Virus record (IMG/VR): IMGVR_UViG_3300049137_000091
Location: 25,469 to 89,468 of that record
Source of the DNA: a virus
Taxonomy: Duplodnaviria; Caudoviricetes
DNA: 64,000 nucleotides
Strand: one strand, 5' to 3'
The notes below the pieces were generated by a model that saw only the letters and a program-made list of their open reading frames with translations, had not been told where the DNA came from and did no database searches. Below are positions 39,408 to 48,652 of this stretch, one piece after another (the first letter of the stretch is position 1; every line of letters starts with the position of its first letter). The translations under genes and the position numbers were made by a program.

Positions 39408-39959
39408 ATGGCCTGGACCGTCCCCATGACCGCCGTGGCGGGCAGCGTTCTGACGGCCGCGCAGATGAACACCTACGTGCGCGACAACCTGTCGGAGACG
39501 ATGCCCGCCAAGGCGGGTCTGCCCTCGTCCTACTTCGTCACCGCCGGCTGGGGCGAGATCGTGGCGCGGCGGGCCAACGCCTGGACCGACGACACCACCC
39601 TGGCCATCTCGGCGACGTCGTTCGACGACCCGGCCGAGGGGCGGCCGGGCCCGGAGCTGACCATCGAGACGGGGGTCACGGCGCTGGTCGGGTTCCGGGC
39701 GGTCGTCAAGGTGCCGTCGGCGACCGCCCGGATCGAGGTCGGCTACGAGGTGCTGGGTGCCACCCAGCGGGAGGCGTCCCGGTCCCGGTCCATCGGCTAC
39801 TCGGCGTCCGGCAACGCGGCCGGCATGTGGCTCCGGACCGGGACCGTGGACCTGTGCACCGGGCTGACGCCGGGCATGAACACGTTCAAATTGCTGTACA
39901 ACGTGTCGAGCGGGACAGGCTCGGTGGAGTACCGCCGGCTCTGGGTCCTGCCGCTGTAG
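39408..39959 (+). CDS. minor tail / fibre protein, paralog 2
   Basis: MAWTVPMTAVAGSVLTAAQMNTYVRDNLSET...TGLTPGMNTF...RRLWVLPL. Confidence 0.75.
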   Translation: MAWTVPMTAVAGSVLTAAQMNTYVRDNLSETMPAKAGLPSSYFVTAGWGEIVARRANAWTDDTTLAISATSFDDPAEGRPGPELTIETGVTALVGFRAVVKVPSATARIEVGYEVLGATQREASRSRSIGYSASGNAAGMWLRTGTVDLCTGLTPGMNTFKLLYNVSSGTGSVEYRRLWVLPL

Positions 39960-39973
39960 AAGGGAGCAGACCC

Positions 39974-40531
39974 ATGGCGTGGACCGCGCCGTTCACCGCT
40001 GTATCGGGCAGCGTGTTCCAGGCCGCCCAGTTCAACGCGTCCATCCGGGACAACCTGCTGGAGACCGCCCCGGCCAAGGCCACCACGCCCGGATCCATCT
40101 TCGCGGTGACGGACACCAACCGGATCGCCGAGCGCACCCCGGGCGCGGCCACCGACAACACCGAGGCCACCATCACCTCGACCACGTTCGCCGACCCGGC
40201 CGCCGGCAACCCCGGTCCGTGGGTGACCATCAACACGGGCGTCATGGCGCTGGTCGGGTTCCGCGCCACGCTCAACATCCCTTCCGCGACCGCTCGCGTC
40301 GAGTGCAGTTACGAGGTGTCCGGGGCCACCACACGGGCCGCGATCAACACGCGCTCCATCGGCTACTCGGCGTCCGGCAACGCGGCCAACTCCGGGATGT
40401 TCCTGCGCGGCTCCACCGTGGACCTGTGCACCGGGCTGACGCCCGGCATGAACACGTTCAGGCTGATGTACAACGTTTCCTCCGGGACCGGTGTGGCCGA
40501 CAGCCGCCGCATCTGGGTCCTGCCGCTGTGA
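39974..40531 (+). CDS. minor tail / fibre protein, paralog 3
   Basis: MAWTAPFTAVSGSVFQAAQFNASIRDNLLET...TGLTPGMNTF...RRIWVLPL; AGGGAG RBS. Confidence 0.75.
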   Translation: MAWTAPFTAVSGSVFQAAQFNASIRDNLLETAPAKATTPGSIFAVTDTNRIAERTPGAATDNTEATITSTTFADPAAGNPGPWVTINTGVMALVGFRATLNIPSATARVECSYEVSGATTRAAINTRSIGYSASGNAANSGMFLRGSTVDLCTGLTPGMNTFRLMYNVSSGTGVADSRRIWVLPL

Positions 40532-40538
40532 GCACGCC

Positions 40539-40865
40539 GTGAACGAACTGACCGGACTCATCACCCCCACCCTCGGCGCGGGCGGCATCCTCGTCCTGGT
40601 CGTGCTCATGGTGCTGCGCGGCCTGCTCGTCCCGCGCTCCACGCTGGACATGGTGCGCGAGGAGAAGGACAAGCAGATCGCCACCTGGCAGCTCATCGCC
40701 GAGAAAGCCCAGGAACTGAACGCGGTGCAGGCCGCGCAGATCGACGCCCTGATGTCCACGACGCAGACCACCCGCAGCGTCCTGGAGGCCGTCGGCGAGG
40801 CGGCCCGTCTCAACCGCGCGGAGGGAGGCGGTGCCCGTGAAGAGGTTCCTGCTGTGGAGGGTTAA
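40539..40865 (+). CDS. membrane protein of the lysis cassette
   Basis: N-terminal transmembrane segment LGAGGILVLVVLMVLRGLLVPR plus coiled coil. Confidence 0.65.
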   Translation: MNELTGLITPTLGAGGILVLVVLMVLRGLLVPRSTLDMVREEKDKQIATWQLIAEKAQELNAVQAAQIDALMSTTQTTRSVLEAVGEAARLNRAEGGGAREEVPAVEG

Positions 40866-41049
40866 GCGGGCCCCGCGACGTCTCGACCCGGCCGCCCGGG
40901 AGGCGCTGGAGAGCGTCGAACGCGGCATGGAAGAGGCCCGTGCGCGCGAGTCGGAGATATCGGAGATCGCACGTACCCTGCACGCGGCGCGGGAGCGAAA
41001 CCACCTCGCACCGATGGTGCGCGACGCGCTGGGAGGACGGTTCCGATGA
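40831..41049 (+). CDS. small lysis-cassette protein
   Basis: 72 aa; HAARERNHLAPMVRDAL; GGAGG RBS. Confidence 0.55.
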   Translation: MPVKRFLLWRVKRAPRRLDPAAREALESVERGMEEARARESEISEIARTLHAARERNHLAPMVRDALGGRFR

Positions 41050-41411
41050 CGGGCGGTATGACGGTGAACCTGGTGGGGTCGGTCCTGGCCTTCGTGGGGT
41101 GTACCGCGTTCGTCGCCGTCTACAGCCTCTTCGCCCCGTGGTGGCGTTCCCATGTCGGGCGTCTGCTGGTGGGCAAGGCGGTTGCCCTTGCCGTGTTCAT
41201 GGCCATCGCCGTCTGCACCTACACCGGCGCCGCCGACGCCGAAGCGCTGCGTGTGGTGCGGGGCGTCGCGGCCGGAGCCTTCGGCGTCCTGATGATCTGC
41301 CAGGCCGGGCTTGTCGTCCGGGAGACACGGAGAGGGAAAACCCATGGCCATCCCGCTGACACCCGACCGGTGGCTGACGATCTTGCGCGCCGAAGGCGTC
41401 AAGGTCGCTGA
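41046..41411 (+). CDS. putative holin
   Basis: three hydrophobic segments with APWWRSHVGR; adjacent to the endolysin. Confidence 0.65.
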   Translation: MTGGMTVNLVGSVLAFVGCTAFVAVYSLFAPWWRSHVGRLLVGKAVALAVFMAIAVCTYTGAADAEALRVVRGVAAGAFGVLMICQAGLVVRETRRGKTHGHPADTRPVADDLARRRRQGR

Positions 41412-42291
41412 GCATTCCGGCTGGAGGACCCGCAAGCGCGACGGCGCCACCGGCCTGCCGTTCGGCCCCGTGCACATGATCCTCAACCACCACACGGCGA
41501 GCACCAGCTCGCTGAAGGTGGTTGCCGAGACCGGGGTACCCGGCCTGCCCGCCCCGCTCGCGCACGCCCACCTCGCCAAGTCCGGCCTGGTCACCATGTG
41601 CAGCGCCGGCCGCGCCAACCACGCCGGGCTGATGGCGGTGAACGCCTACAACTCGTTCCTCCACGAGTCGTCCACGCACCCGGCACCGTCCCGGGCGTCC
41701 GGCACCGTGGACGGGAACGACCGCGCCTACGGGATCGAGACGGAGAACGAGGGCGACGGCAAGGACGTCTACACCCGGGCGCAGTACGACGCCTGGGTCC
41801 GGTTCAACGCCGCCGTCTGCCGCCACCACGGCTGGTCGGCCGATTCCTGCGGCGGGCACCTGGAGACGTCCGTCGAAGGCAAGATCGACCCGAAGGGCCC
41901 GGTGGAGGGCTACGGCTCGCGCGGGCGGTTCACGTTCAGCATGAAGCAGTTCCGCGCCGACGTCGCCGAGCGGCTGCGGCACCCCGCGTCGTGGAACCCG
42001 GGCGCCGCCGAGGCGCAGCCCAAGCCGCCCGCCCCCGCGCCCAAGCCGGCGGCACCGGACCGGACGCCGGCCGAAGACGTCTGGTACGCCGACGTGATCG
42101 AGGCCGTGCCGCCGCCGCTCGGGAACAGCGACTACGAGACCAACCCGACCTGGACCGCGCGGTACGCGCTGTTCACCGCCGTGCGCGACGCCCGCGCCGC
42201 GCGGGCCAACTCCGAGGCGGCGCTGCGCGAGATCCGCGAGATCCGCGCGCTGCTCGCCGCCTTCCGCACCGACGAAGGGGAGACCGCCTGA
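41344..42291 (+). CDS. endolysin, N-acetylmuramoyl-L-alanine amidase
   Basis: EHSGWRTR, LNHHTAS, AGRANHAG, YGIETEN, GGHLE Zn-amidase motifs. Confidence 0.85.
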   Translation: MAIPLTPDRWLTILRAEGVKVAEHSGWRTRKRDGATGLPFGPVHMILNHHTASTSSLKVVAETGVPGLPAPLAHAHLAKSGLVTMCSAGRANHAGLMAVNAYNSFLHESSTHPAPSRASGTVDGNDRAYGIETENEGDGKDVYTRAQYDAWVRFNAAVCRHHGWSADSCGGHLETSVEGKIDPKGPVEGYGSRGRFTFSMKQFRADVAERLRHPASWNPGAAEAQPKPPAPAPKPAAPDRTPAEDVWYADVIEAVPPPLGNSDYETNPTWTARYALFTAVRDARAARANSEAALREIREIRALLAAFRTDEGETA

Positions 42292-42581
42292 TGTCCGCCG
42301 AGGCCAGACTGCGCGAGACCGTGGACGCCGCCGTCGCTGCGGCCGTCGAACCCCTGCGCGCCGAACTGAAGGACGTCAGCGCCCGCCTGGCGGCCGTGGA
42401 AGGCTCCGGCGGCACCAGCGGTGCGGAGACCCGGAGGAGGACGACACGCGGGCGCACAGCGGCCCGCACGGACGCCTCCGACGCCGGGCAGACGCAGCCG
42501 TCCGCGTCCGAGACGAAGACGTCCGGAAACACCCCGGCCGCCAAGGACGGGAACGCCGCGACAACGAAGGGTGACGCGTGA
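42291..42581 (+). CDS. hypothetical coiled-coil protein
   Basis: ATG overlaps the endolysin stop; 96 aa. Confidence 0.55.
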   Translation: MSAEARLRETVDAAVAAAVEPLRAELKDVSARLAAVEGSGGTSGAETRRRTTRGRTAARTDASDAGQTQPSASETKTSGNTPAAKDGNAATTKGDA

Positions 42582-43657
42582 AGGTCGTCTGCTACCCGGC
42601 CGACGCCGGCGGCTGCGGGCACTTCCGGGTGACCTGGCCGGCGCAGGCTCTCGCGGCGGCCGGGCACGACGTCGAAATACGCCCGCCCGAGAACCGGGGG
42701 CTGAAGCTGCGCATCGGGCCCGGCGAGACCGTGGACGACGTCCTCGACTGCGACGCGGACGTCATGGTCTTCCAGCGGCTCACCCACCAGTGGATGGCGG
42801 AGGCGGTGCCGCTGCTGCGCGCCAAGGGCGTCGCCGTCGTCGTGGACGTGGACGACGACCTCACCTGCGTGCACCCCCGGAACCCGGCCTACGAGTCGAT
42901 GCACCCGCGCGGAGCCGGCCGGATGCGGGGAGGTCAGGTCCACCGGCACTCCTGGACGCACCTGACCGACGCCTGCCGCGCGGCCACCCTGGTCACCGCG
43001 TCCACACCTGCGCTGCTGGAGCGTTACGCCCGGCACGGGCGCGGGATCGTCGTGGACAACTACCTCCCCGACCACTACTTCGGCGTGGCGCACACGGACA
43101 GCGGCGTCATCGGCTGGCCGGCCTCGCTGGCCTCGCACCCGGACGACCCGGCGCCGGTCGGCGGCGCGGTCGCCCGGCTCGTCTCGGAGGGCGCCGACTT
43201 CCGCGTGGTCGGCGACCCGACCGGGGTGGGCGCCGCGTTCGGGCTCACCGCCGACCCGCAGGGGCGCACCGGCGTGGACGTGCACGGGTGGGCGGCGGCC
43301 GTCGCGGCCGACATCGGGGTGGGCATCGCCCCGCTGGCCGACACCCGGTTCAACGCGGCCAAGTCCCGGCTGAAGCCGCTGGAGATGTCCGCGCTCGGGA
43401 TCCCGTGGGTGGCCTCGCCCCGGGTGGAGTACGCGAAGTTCCACGCGCTCGGCGCCGGCGTGCTCGCCGACACCCCGCGCCGGTGGTACCGGGAGCTGCG
43501 GCGCCTGGTGCGCAGCGAGGCCGCGCGCACCGAGCTGGCGCAGGCCGGCCGGGCGGCGGCCGACGGGCAGCGGCTGACTGCCAACGCGTGGCGCTGGCTG
43601 GAGGCGTGGGAGCACGCGCGCTCGATTCAGGCCGTCGCCCCGGCGGCCGTCGCGTAG
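42578..43657 (+). CDS. glycosyltransferase (GT-B, GT4-like)
   Basis: DAGGCGHFRV, VVDVDDDL, IGVGIAPLADTRFNAAKSRLKPLEMSALGIPWVAS. Confidence 0.85.
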   Translation: MKVVCYPADAGGCGHFRVTWPAQALAAAGHDVEIRPPENRGLKLRIGPGETVDDVLDCDADVMVFQRLTHQWMAEAVPLLRAKGVAVVVDVDDDLTCVHPRNPAYESMHPRGAGRMRGGQVHRHSWTHLTDACRAATLVTASTPALLERYARHGRGIVVDNYLPDHYFGVAHTDSGVIGWPASLASHPDDPAPVGGAVARLVSEGADFRVVGDPTGVGAAFGLTADPQGRTGVDVHGWAAAVAADIGVGIAPLADTRFNAAKSRLKPLEMSALGIPWVASPRVEYAKFHALGAGVLADTPRRWYRELRRLVRSEAARTELAQAGRAAADGQRLTANAWRWLEAWEHARSIQAVAPAAVA

Positions 43658-43768
43658 TTCAAGCCGCGCTTGGCGCACAAGGGCCGGACGGACTGTCATG
43701 CAGTCCGTCCGGCCCTTACTTTTGTGCGCGAGCCTGACGACCCTCCCCGATGTCAGCGGGGAGGGTCG

Positions 43769-44170
43769 TCAGGCCGCCTTGCGCTGCGACGACAATACGC
43801 GAGGCGTGGCCGCTGCGGCCGTCGGCCAGGACAGGCCGCAGCCGATGCACAGGTCCACCGGCTCGCCGGCCCTGCCGGTTACCGGGCCGACCACCCGGCG
43901 CGACGCGCAGGACGGGCACTTGGCCCGGTCCTTCTTCGCCTTCAGGCGCTTCCGCTCCTCGGTGTCGGTGCCGCCCCAGTACCCCCGCTGTCCGTACACC
44001 ATCGCGTACTGGAGGCAGGTCACCCGCACCGGGCACGGGCCGCATATCTCCCGTGCCGCCGCCAGCCCTTCGGGGTCCTCCTTGTCCGGAACGAAGCGGT
44101 CCAGGTCAAGCCCGGCGCACGCCGCGTCGTCCTGCCATCGCACCTCGGACGCGGTCCAGTCTCCCGTCAT
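43769..44170 (-). CDS. whiB: WhiB-family regulator with extra C-terminal Zn finger
   Basis: WQDDAAC...ICGPCPVRVTCL...GYWGG; additional CPSC...CIGC. Confidence 0.9.
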   Translation of the reverse strand: MTGDWTASEVRWQDDAACAGLDLDRFVPDKEDPEGLAAAREICGPCPVRVTCLQYAMVYGQRGYWGGTDTEERKRLKAKKDRAKCPSCASRRVVGPVTGRAGEPVDLCIGCGLSWPTAAAATPRVLSSQRKAA

Positions 44171-44486
44171 CCGTTGTCTCCCTGCTCCTCGGGTGGCCGA
44201 TGTTCATGGGTGAACTATTGCCGTATGTCTATACGACGGTGAAGACACACAAGCGGAATTACGTACGGATCACAGTAAGTGATGGACAGATTTCCGCTTG
44301 TGATGTTCATTCACCCCTGGCATATGCACGTACACAAAGGGTGCTGATCGTAAGGGCGAACCGACACACGTCCTTCACACCTGGGAAGGAGGTACGGACC
44401 ATAAGCAAATGTCCGGCACCCACAAACGGAACGCGGCGGGACCCCGCCGAACCGCACGGTTCAGGGGTCCCGCCGCGTGTGCGGAA

Positions 44487-45461
44487 TCAGACGTCTTGAT
44501 CCATTTCGTCGGCGCTGCGCCGGCCCTTGATCCCGTCGGTGTACGCCAGCTTGTCGGTGAAGGTCAGGCCGCTGTCCGCGTAGCGCACCACCCGGCGGTT
44601 GCTGCGCAGCGTGGACGGCACGGTCAGGGTCTTGCGGTTGACCCGCAGCACTTCCAGCCACCGGCTGCCGTAGTGCACGAAGTCGCCCTTCGTGAAGTCG
44701 TCCGGGCCCCACACCTTGTGCCCGGCCTCCACCGCCCGGCGGATCACGCATTCCCAGTAGGCGATCTGCTCGGACAGCTCGTCGTCCTGGCGCCGCAGTT
44801 CCCGCGCCCAGTCGGTGCCCGGCGTCACCTTGCCCAGCGTGCGCCGGATCCGGCGCTGATCGGTCTTCAGCTTCTCAATTCGGCGCAACGTGCGTTCCGG
44901 GTCGTGCCGGCGCTCGTCGTGCCCAGCCGCCGCTTCGGCCCGCCCTTCCCAGTACCGGGCCCGTCGGTGCTCGTCCACGGACCGCTGCATTCCGGCGGTG
45001 ATGCGTTCCGCGTCCCGACGGGCACGGGCCTCACTGTGGTGTCCGATCAGGATGGGCTGCCCCAACGGGATGTGCTCGCTGATCGCGTCCGATCGGGCGC
45101 GGGCGGCGTCCGACGCTGCGGAGGCCCGTGCGGAGCGGGCGGTGAACCGCTCGGCCCGCTCCCCGGCGCGCTGCGACCGCTCGGCCTCCGCTTCGGCGAA
45201 GCTGCGCGCGATGTCCTCGTCCACGTGCAGTCTGACCGCCCATCCGGCCTCCTCCAGCGCGGCCTTGGCGCCGTTGATGCGGTGCATCTGCGCGGCCCGG
45301 TCCCGCGAGCGGACGATGCCCAGGACTCCGAGGGAGGGGAAGAAGCGGAACCCGAAAGGCCGGACGACTTCCAGCACGCCGTCTCCCTTGGAGCTGCCCT
45401 CCAGCAGGGTCCCGTCGGACCGGGTGTGCGTAATCGTGATCGTTATGGTGCGGTCGTTCAT
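44487..45461 (-). CDS. DUF3560-domain protein
   Basis: IPLGQPILIGHHSEARARRDAERI signature. Confidence 0.8.
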   Translation of the reverse strand: MNDRTITITITHTRSDGTLLEGSSKGDGVLEVVRPFGFRFFPSLGVLGIVRSRDRAAQMHRINGAKAALEEAGWAVRLHVDEDIARSFAEAEAERSQRAGERAERFTARSARASAASDAARARSDAISEHIPLGQPILIGHHSEARARRDAERITAGMQRSVDEHRRARYWEGRAEAAAGHDERRHDPERTLRRIEKLKTDQRRIRRTLGKVTPGTDWARELRRQDDELSEQIAYWECVIRRAVEAGHKVWGPDDFTKGDFVHYGSRWLEVLRVNRKTLTVPSTLRSNRRVVRYADSGLTFTDKLAYTDGIKGRRSADEMDQDV

Positions 45462-45626
45462 GAGGTCTCTCCTCGGTGTGGTCATGCTCCCTTGATCGGG
45501 GAAGTGCCGGAGCCCCGTCCGGGGGATGTGGACGGGGCTCCGTGCCGCGCGGGCGGCAGGGGATACCCGCTCGGCTGACCAGTGCCGATGCTGCCACCGG
45601 TCCGCCGAATCACCGAACAGCACAGG

Positions 45627-46076
45627 TCAGACGGCGACCTGGCAAGACAACCAGTCGGCGACCTGCCGTCGCTGCCCCGGGGAGAGACAGACGGTGAACC
45701 CGTCGGCGAGCCGGCCGCCCCCACGAACGGTGGTGACGTGAACGGGCCCGTCGGGCCGGTCGCGGACGATCTGCGCCCGGGATCGCAGACCCAGCACGTC
45801 CACCGTCCGGCACCCGTCGGAGATCATCCGCAGGAAGTACCGGGCGACGGGCGGCTGTCCGTCGGGGCCGATGTCGCACCGCACGTCCGCGCCGGCGAAC
45901 CAGCAGGAGAGCGGTCCGACCCAAACCGGCTCGACGGCTACCCCCGGTACGGGCGCGTACCCGTGACGGGCGACTGAGATCATTACGCGGCCGTCGCCGA
46001 CGGCGACCAGGCGCAGGACCGTTTCGCCGTCCATGACGTCGGCGAATTCGGTCAGTTCGGGGAGGAGTGTGGTCAT
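45627..46076 (-). CDS. hypothetical protein
   Basis: 149 aa; leader GACCAAGGAAGAAGGA. Confidence 0.55.
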   Translation of the reverse strand: MTTLLPELTEFADVMDGETVLRLVAVGDGRVMISVARHGYAPVPGVAVEPVWVGPLSCWFAGADVRCDIGPDGQPPVARYFLRMISDGCRTVDVLGLRSRAQIVRDRPDGPVHVTTVRGGGRLADGFTVCLSPGQRRQVADWLSCQVAV

Positions 46077-46143
46077 GCCTTCCTTCTTCCTTGGTCAGTT
46101 GGGCGGGCGCAGGTTCACCCGTTCGGGTGACATCGCGTCCGGG

Positions 46144-46305
46144 TCAGGCGGCGGTGACGACCGGAGTGATCTTCTGAGCACCGATCTGCACGAGTGCCTG
46201 GAGCAGAGCCACCAGATCGTTGTCGCTACCGGCGCCGGCGACCTGCTCGACGCCCCCGGCGTCGGTGTAGGTGACGGTGTAGCGGGGAGCGGCGGTGGCG
46301 TTCAT
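46144..46305 (-). CDS. 53-aa protein (not in the ORF track)
   Basis: MNATAAPRYTVTYTDAGGVEQ...; AAGGAG RBS downstream of a conserved promoter. Confidence 0.6.
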   Translation of the reverse strand: MNATAAPRYTVTYTDAGGVEQVAGAGSDNDLVALLQALVQIGAQKITPVVTAA

Positions 46306-46344
46306 GGTCGGCTCCTTCACCCCCGGGTCGGCGTGTCCATCCCG

Positions 46345-46382
46345 ATGAATTAATTAAACCATAGGTCTCATGAGTCGCGCAA
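46345..46382 (-). promoter_or_regulatory. conserved phage promoter/operator, copy 5
   Basis: TTGCGC-N18-TTTAAT; ATGGTTTAATTAATTCAT on the minus strand. Confidence 0.8.
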
Positions 46383-46482
46383 CTCGCGTACCTGAGCAAA
46401 ACGGACGCCGGCACAATCGGCCCGGCACGGACACGACGGAGCCCCGGACCCGAGATGCGGGGTCCGGGGCTCCGTCGGCCGG

Positions 46483-46806
46483 TCAGTCGGTGATCGTGAC
46501 GCCGGGCCAGTACAGGACGACGTCGGAGCCCATGGAGTCGGTACGCGCCTTGCTGGCCAGCGACAGCGCGTCCCCCAGCCGGTCCCGCTCGGTGAGCAGC
46601 GCGGTGAGCGCGGCGACGAACGGCAGCACCTCGTCACTGTCCAAGTCGATGCCGGCGCAGGTGGTGCCGAACATCCCCCGGCCGCTGTACTCCTCGCGGA
46701 TGCTGAAGCCCTCGTCGCTCTGGTCGTCGGCTTCGTACAGGTCGATCAGCTCGGCCGCGTCCGTGATCTCGTCGCGGGTGATCGTCAGGGTGGTGGTGGC
46801 GTTCAT
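46483..46806 (-). CDS. hypothetical phage protein (YSGRGMFG motif)
   Basis: 107 aa; IREEYSGRGMFGTTCAGI. Confidence 0.7.
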   Translation of the reverse strand: MNATTTLTITRDEITDAAELIDLYEADDQSDEGFSIREEYSGRGMFGTTCAGIDLDSDEVLPFVAALTALLTERDRLGDALSLASKARTDSMGSDVVLYWPGVTITD

Positions 46807-46845
46807 GGCCGGCTCCTTCATCCCCGGGTCGGCGTGTCCGTCCCG

Positions 46846-46883
46846 ATGAATTAATTAAACCATAGGTTCGGCGAACGGCGCAA
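46846..46883 (-). promoter_or_regulatory. conserved phage promoter/operator, copy 6
   Basis: TTGCGC-N18-TTTAAT; ATGGTTTAATTAATTCAT. Confidence 0.8.
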
Positions 46884-46942
46884 CCCCGGACACGGCGAAG
46901 CCCCGGGCCCGACGTGCGGGCCCGGGGCTCGGGGTGCTGCGG

Positions 46943-48178
46943 TCAGTCCTCGACGCGGACCGGCATCATCAGGTGCAGGTAGCCGTCGCCGGCGACGTCG
47001 GGACCGTCAGTGAGCAGCATCGGCTTCGTCTCGCTGCGCAGGTGCAGCGTCACCGTGTCACCGGTGAAGCACCCGAGCGCGTCCAGCAGGAACGACCCGT
47101 TGAAGTGCATCAGCTCGGGCAGGTCGCCCCGGCCGTCCACGGCCTCGCCGGGCACGACGACACCGCGCACCTTGTCCCGGTTCTCCGGCAGCCGGGGCGC
47201 CACCTCTATCAGATCGTCGGCGCCGAACCAGACGGCCACCGGAAGCCCCTTGCCCTTGGCCACGCCCAGCGCGTCCGCCTTCTTCACCGCCAGCGTCAGC
47301 GCGGAACGGCTCACAGTCACTGTGCCCGGCGTCGCCTCGTCGGGGATGAGGGTCAGAGCGGGTACCGGCCACTGGTCTACCGGCTGCGTGCGCATGGTGG
47401 CCACGACCGCGCCTATCCCGAAGGCGGTGAACCCGCTGCCGTCGCCGGCGACGCCGAAGGACACCGGCCCGGTGTACTTGCCGAGCTTCTTGGCCAGCGC
47501 GCCCAGCAGGTGAGCGGAGACGATCGTCGCGGCCTCAGTGCTCGCGGCGCCGTCCCACGGCTGCGCGTCCAGTTCCGCGACGGCGATCCGGTAGCGGTCG
47601 GTGGTGGCCATGCGCAGCTTCCCGCTGGACAGCTTCACGTAGATACCGGTCAGAGCGGGCAGCGTGATGTCGCGTCCGGCGGCCGGGAGGACCCGGGCCA
47701 GCGCGGTGAAGAACTCCCCGCCGTCCACAGTGGCCAGCGGCGCCGGCGCCGGGGGCAGTGCCGGGTATTCGGCGGCGTCCAGCGTGTTGAGCGGCACCGC
47801 CAGGTCGGGCGTGGACAGCACGCCGTCGGCGACGGTGACCGGCGTGGCAGCCGCGACGGCCGGCTTCTCGCCGGCGACGGCGGCGGCCAGGGACGCCTTG
47901 ATGTCGGCGTGGTTGACCAGGGACAGGCCGTCGCCGGTGGCGCCGTCCACGGTCACCGACAGGGACACGTCGTAGTCGAAGGCGCGCAGGGTCACGGCGC
48001 GGCCGGTCGCGTCCAGCAGGACGCCGTGCAGCACGGGGACCGGGGGCCGCTTGGACACGGCCAGCTCGACGGTCTTCAGCGCGTCCATGATCGCCTTGTG
48101 CCCGGCGGTGATGCGCGCGGCCGGCTGGGCGTCAGCGGCGGGCGTTTCGGCGGCCGGAGCCTCGGGAGCTACGGTCAT
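46943..48178 (-). CDS. dnaN: DNA polymerase III beta-clamp-like protein
   Basis: RPPVPVLHGVLL, LRAFDYD, LPALTGIY, MATTDRYRIAV, FNGSFLLDAL, YLHLMMPVR. Confidence 0.85.
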   Translation of the reverse strand: MTVAPEAPAAETPAADAQPAARITAGHKAIMDALKTVELAVSKRPPVPVLHGVLLDATGRAVTLRAFDYDVSLSVTVDGATGDGLSLVNHADIKASLAAAVAGEKPAVAAATPVTVADGVLSTPDLAVPLNTLDAAEYPALPPAPAPLATVDGGEFFTALARVLPAAGRDITLPALTGIYVKLSSGKLRMATTDRYRIAVAELDAQPWDGAASTEAATIVSAHLLGALAKKLGKYTGPVSFGVAGDGSGFTAFGIGAVVATMRTQPVDQWPVPALTLIPDEATPGTVTVSRSALTLAVKKADALGVAKGKGLPVAVWFGADDLIEVAPRLPENRDKVRGVVVPGEAVDGRGDLPELMHFNGSFLLDALGCFTGDTVTLHLRSETKPMLLTDGPDVAGDGYLHLMMPVRVED

Positions 48179-48242
48179 CGGTCGGTTCCTTCCTTGGTCG
48201 TAGATGCGGGAGGCCGGGGCCGCGTGGCCCCGGCCGGGGCGA

Positions 48243-48413
48243 TCAGACGGTACGGAGAATGTCCCGAATCGCCAACGCGGTCCGGCCCCACAGCGGCTCG
48301 TCCACGGGCGCGGTGCGCGCCGTCGCCAGGTCGTCGCGGAGGCGGTCGGCCTCGGCGCCGAACACGGGCCGGCCGACGGGGGCCATGTACGCGCTGCGCG
48401 GGTCGTTCTGCAT
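48243..48413 (-). CDS. 56-aa hypothetical protein
   Basis: AAGGAACCGATG leader; first gene after promoter copy 7. Confidence 0.5.
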   Translation of the reverse strand: MQNDPRSAYMAPVGRPVFGAEADRLRDDLATARTAPVDEPLWGRTALAIRDILRTV

Positions 48414-48540
48414 CGGTTCCTTCTTTCCTTGATCCACCGTTTGCGCCGCCCCGGCCCGGCTTGCACGGGCCGAAGTCTCGCCGCCGTGAGGCGGGTTCGT
48501 CGCTGTTCACCGGAGGTGTCAGTGCTCTTGCGGGGTGGCG

Positions 48541-48577
48541 ATGAATTAATTAAAGCATCATCGGGGAGGGAAGGCAA
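48541..48577 (-). promoter_or_regulatory. conserved phage promoter/operator, copy 7
   Basis: TTGCCT-N17-TTTAAT; ATGCTTTAATTAATTCAT; divergent from parA. Confidence 0.75.
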
Positions 48578-48652
48578 TCCCCGCGCCGCCGCTAACCAGG
48601 ACCGGGGTGCTCGCTAGTCTCGTCCCCGACGACCACCGACCAAGGGAACGAA

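Noticed and set aside
38508-40531. Invertible tail-fibre cassette driven by the serine recombinase
   Set aside because: All paralogs are complete and co-oriented, I saw no flanking inverted crossover sites, and the recombinase is 23 kb away with its own res-like site.
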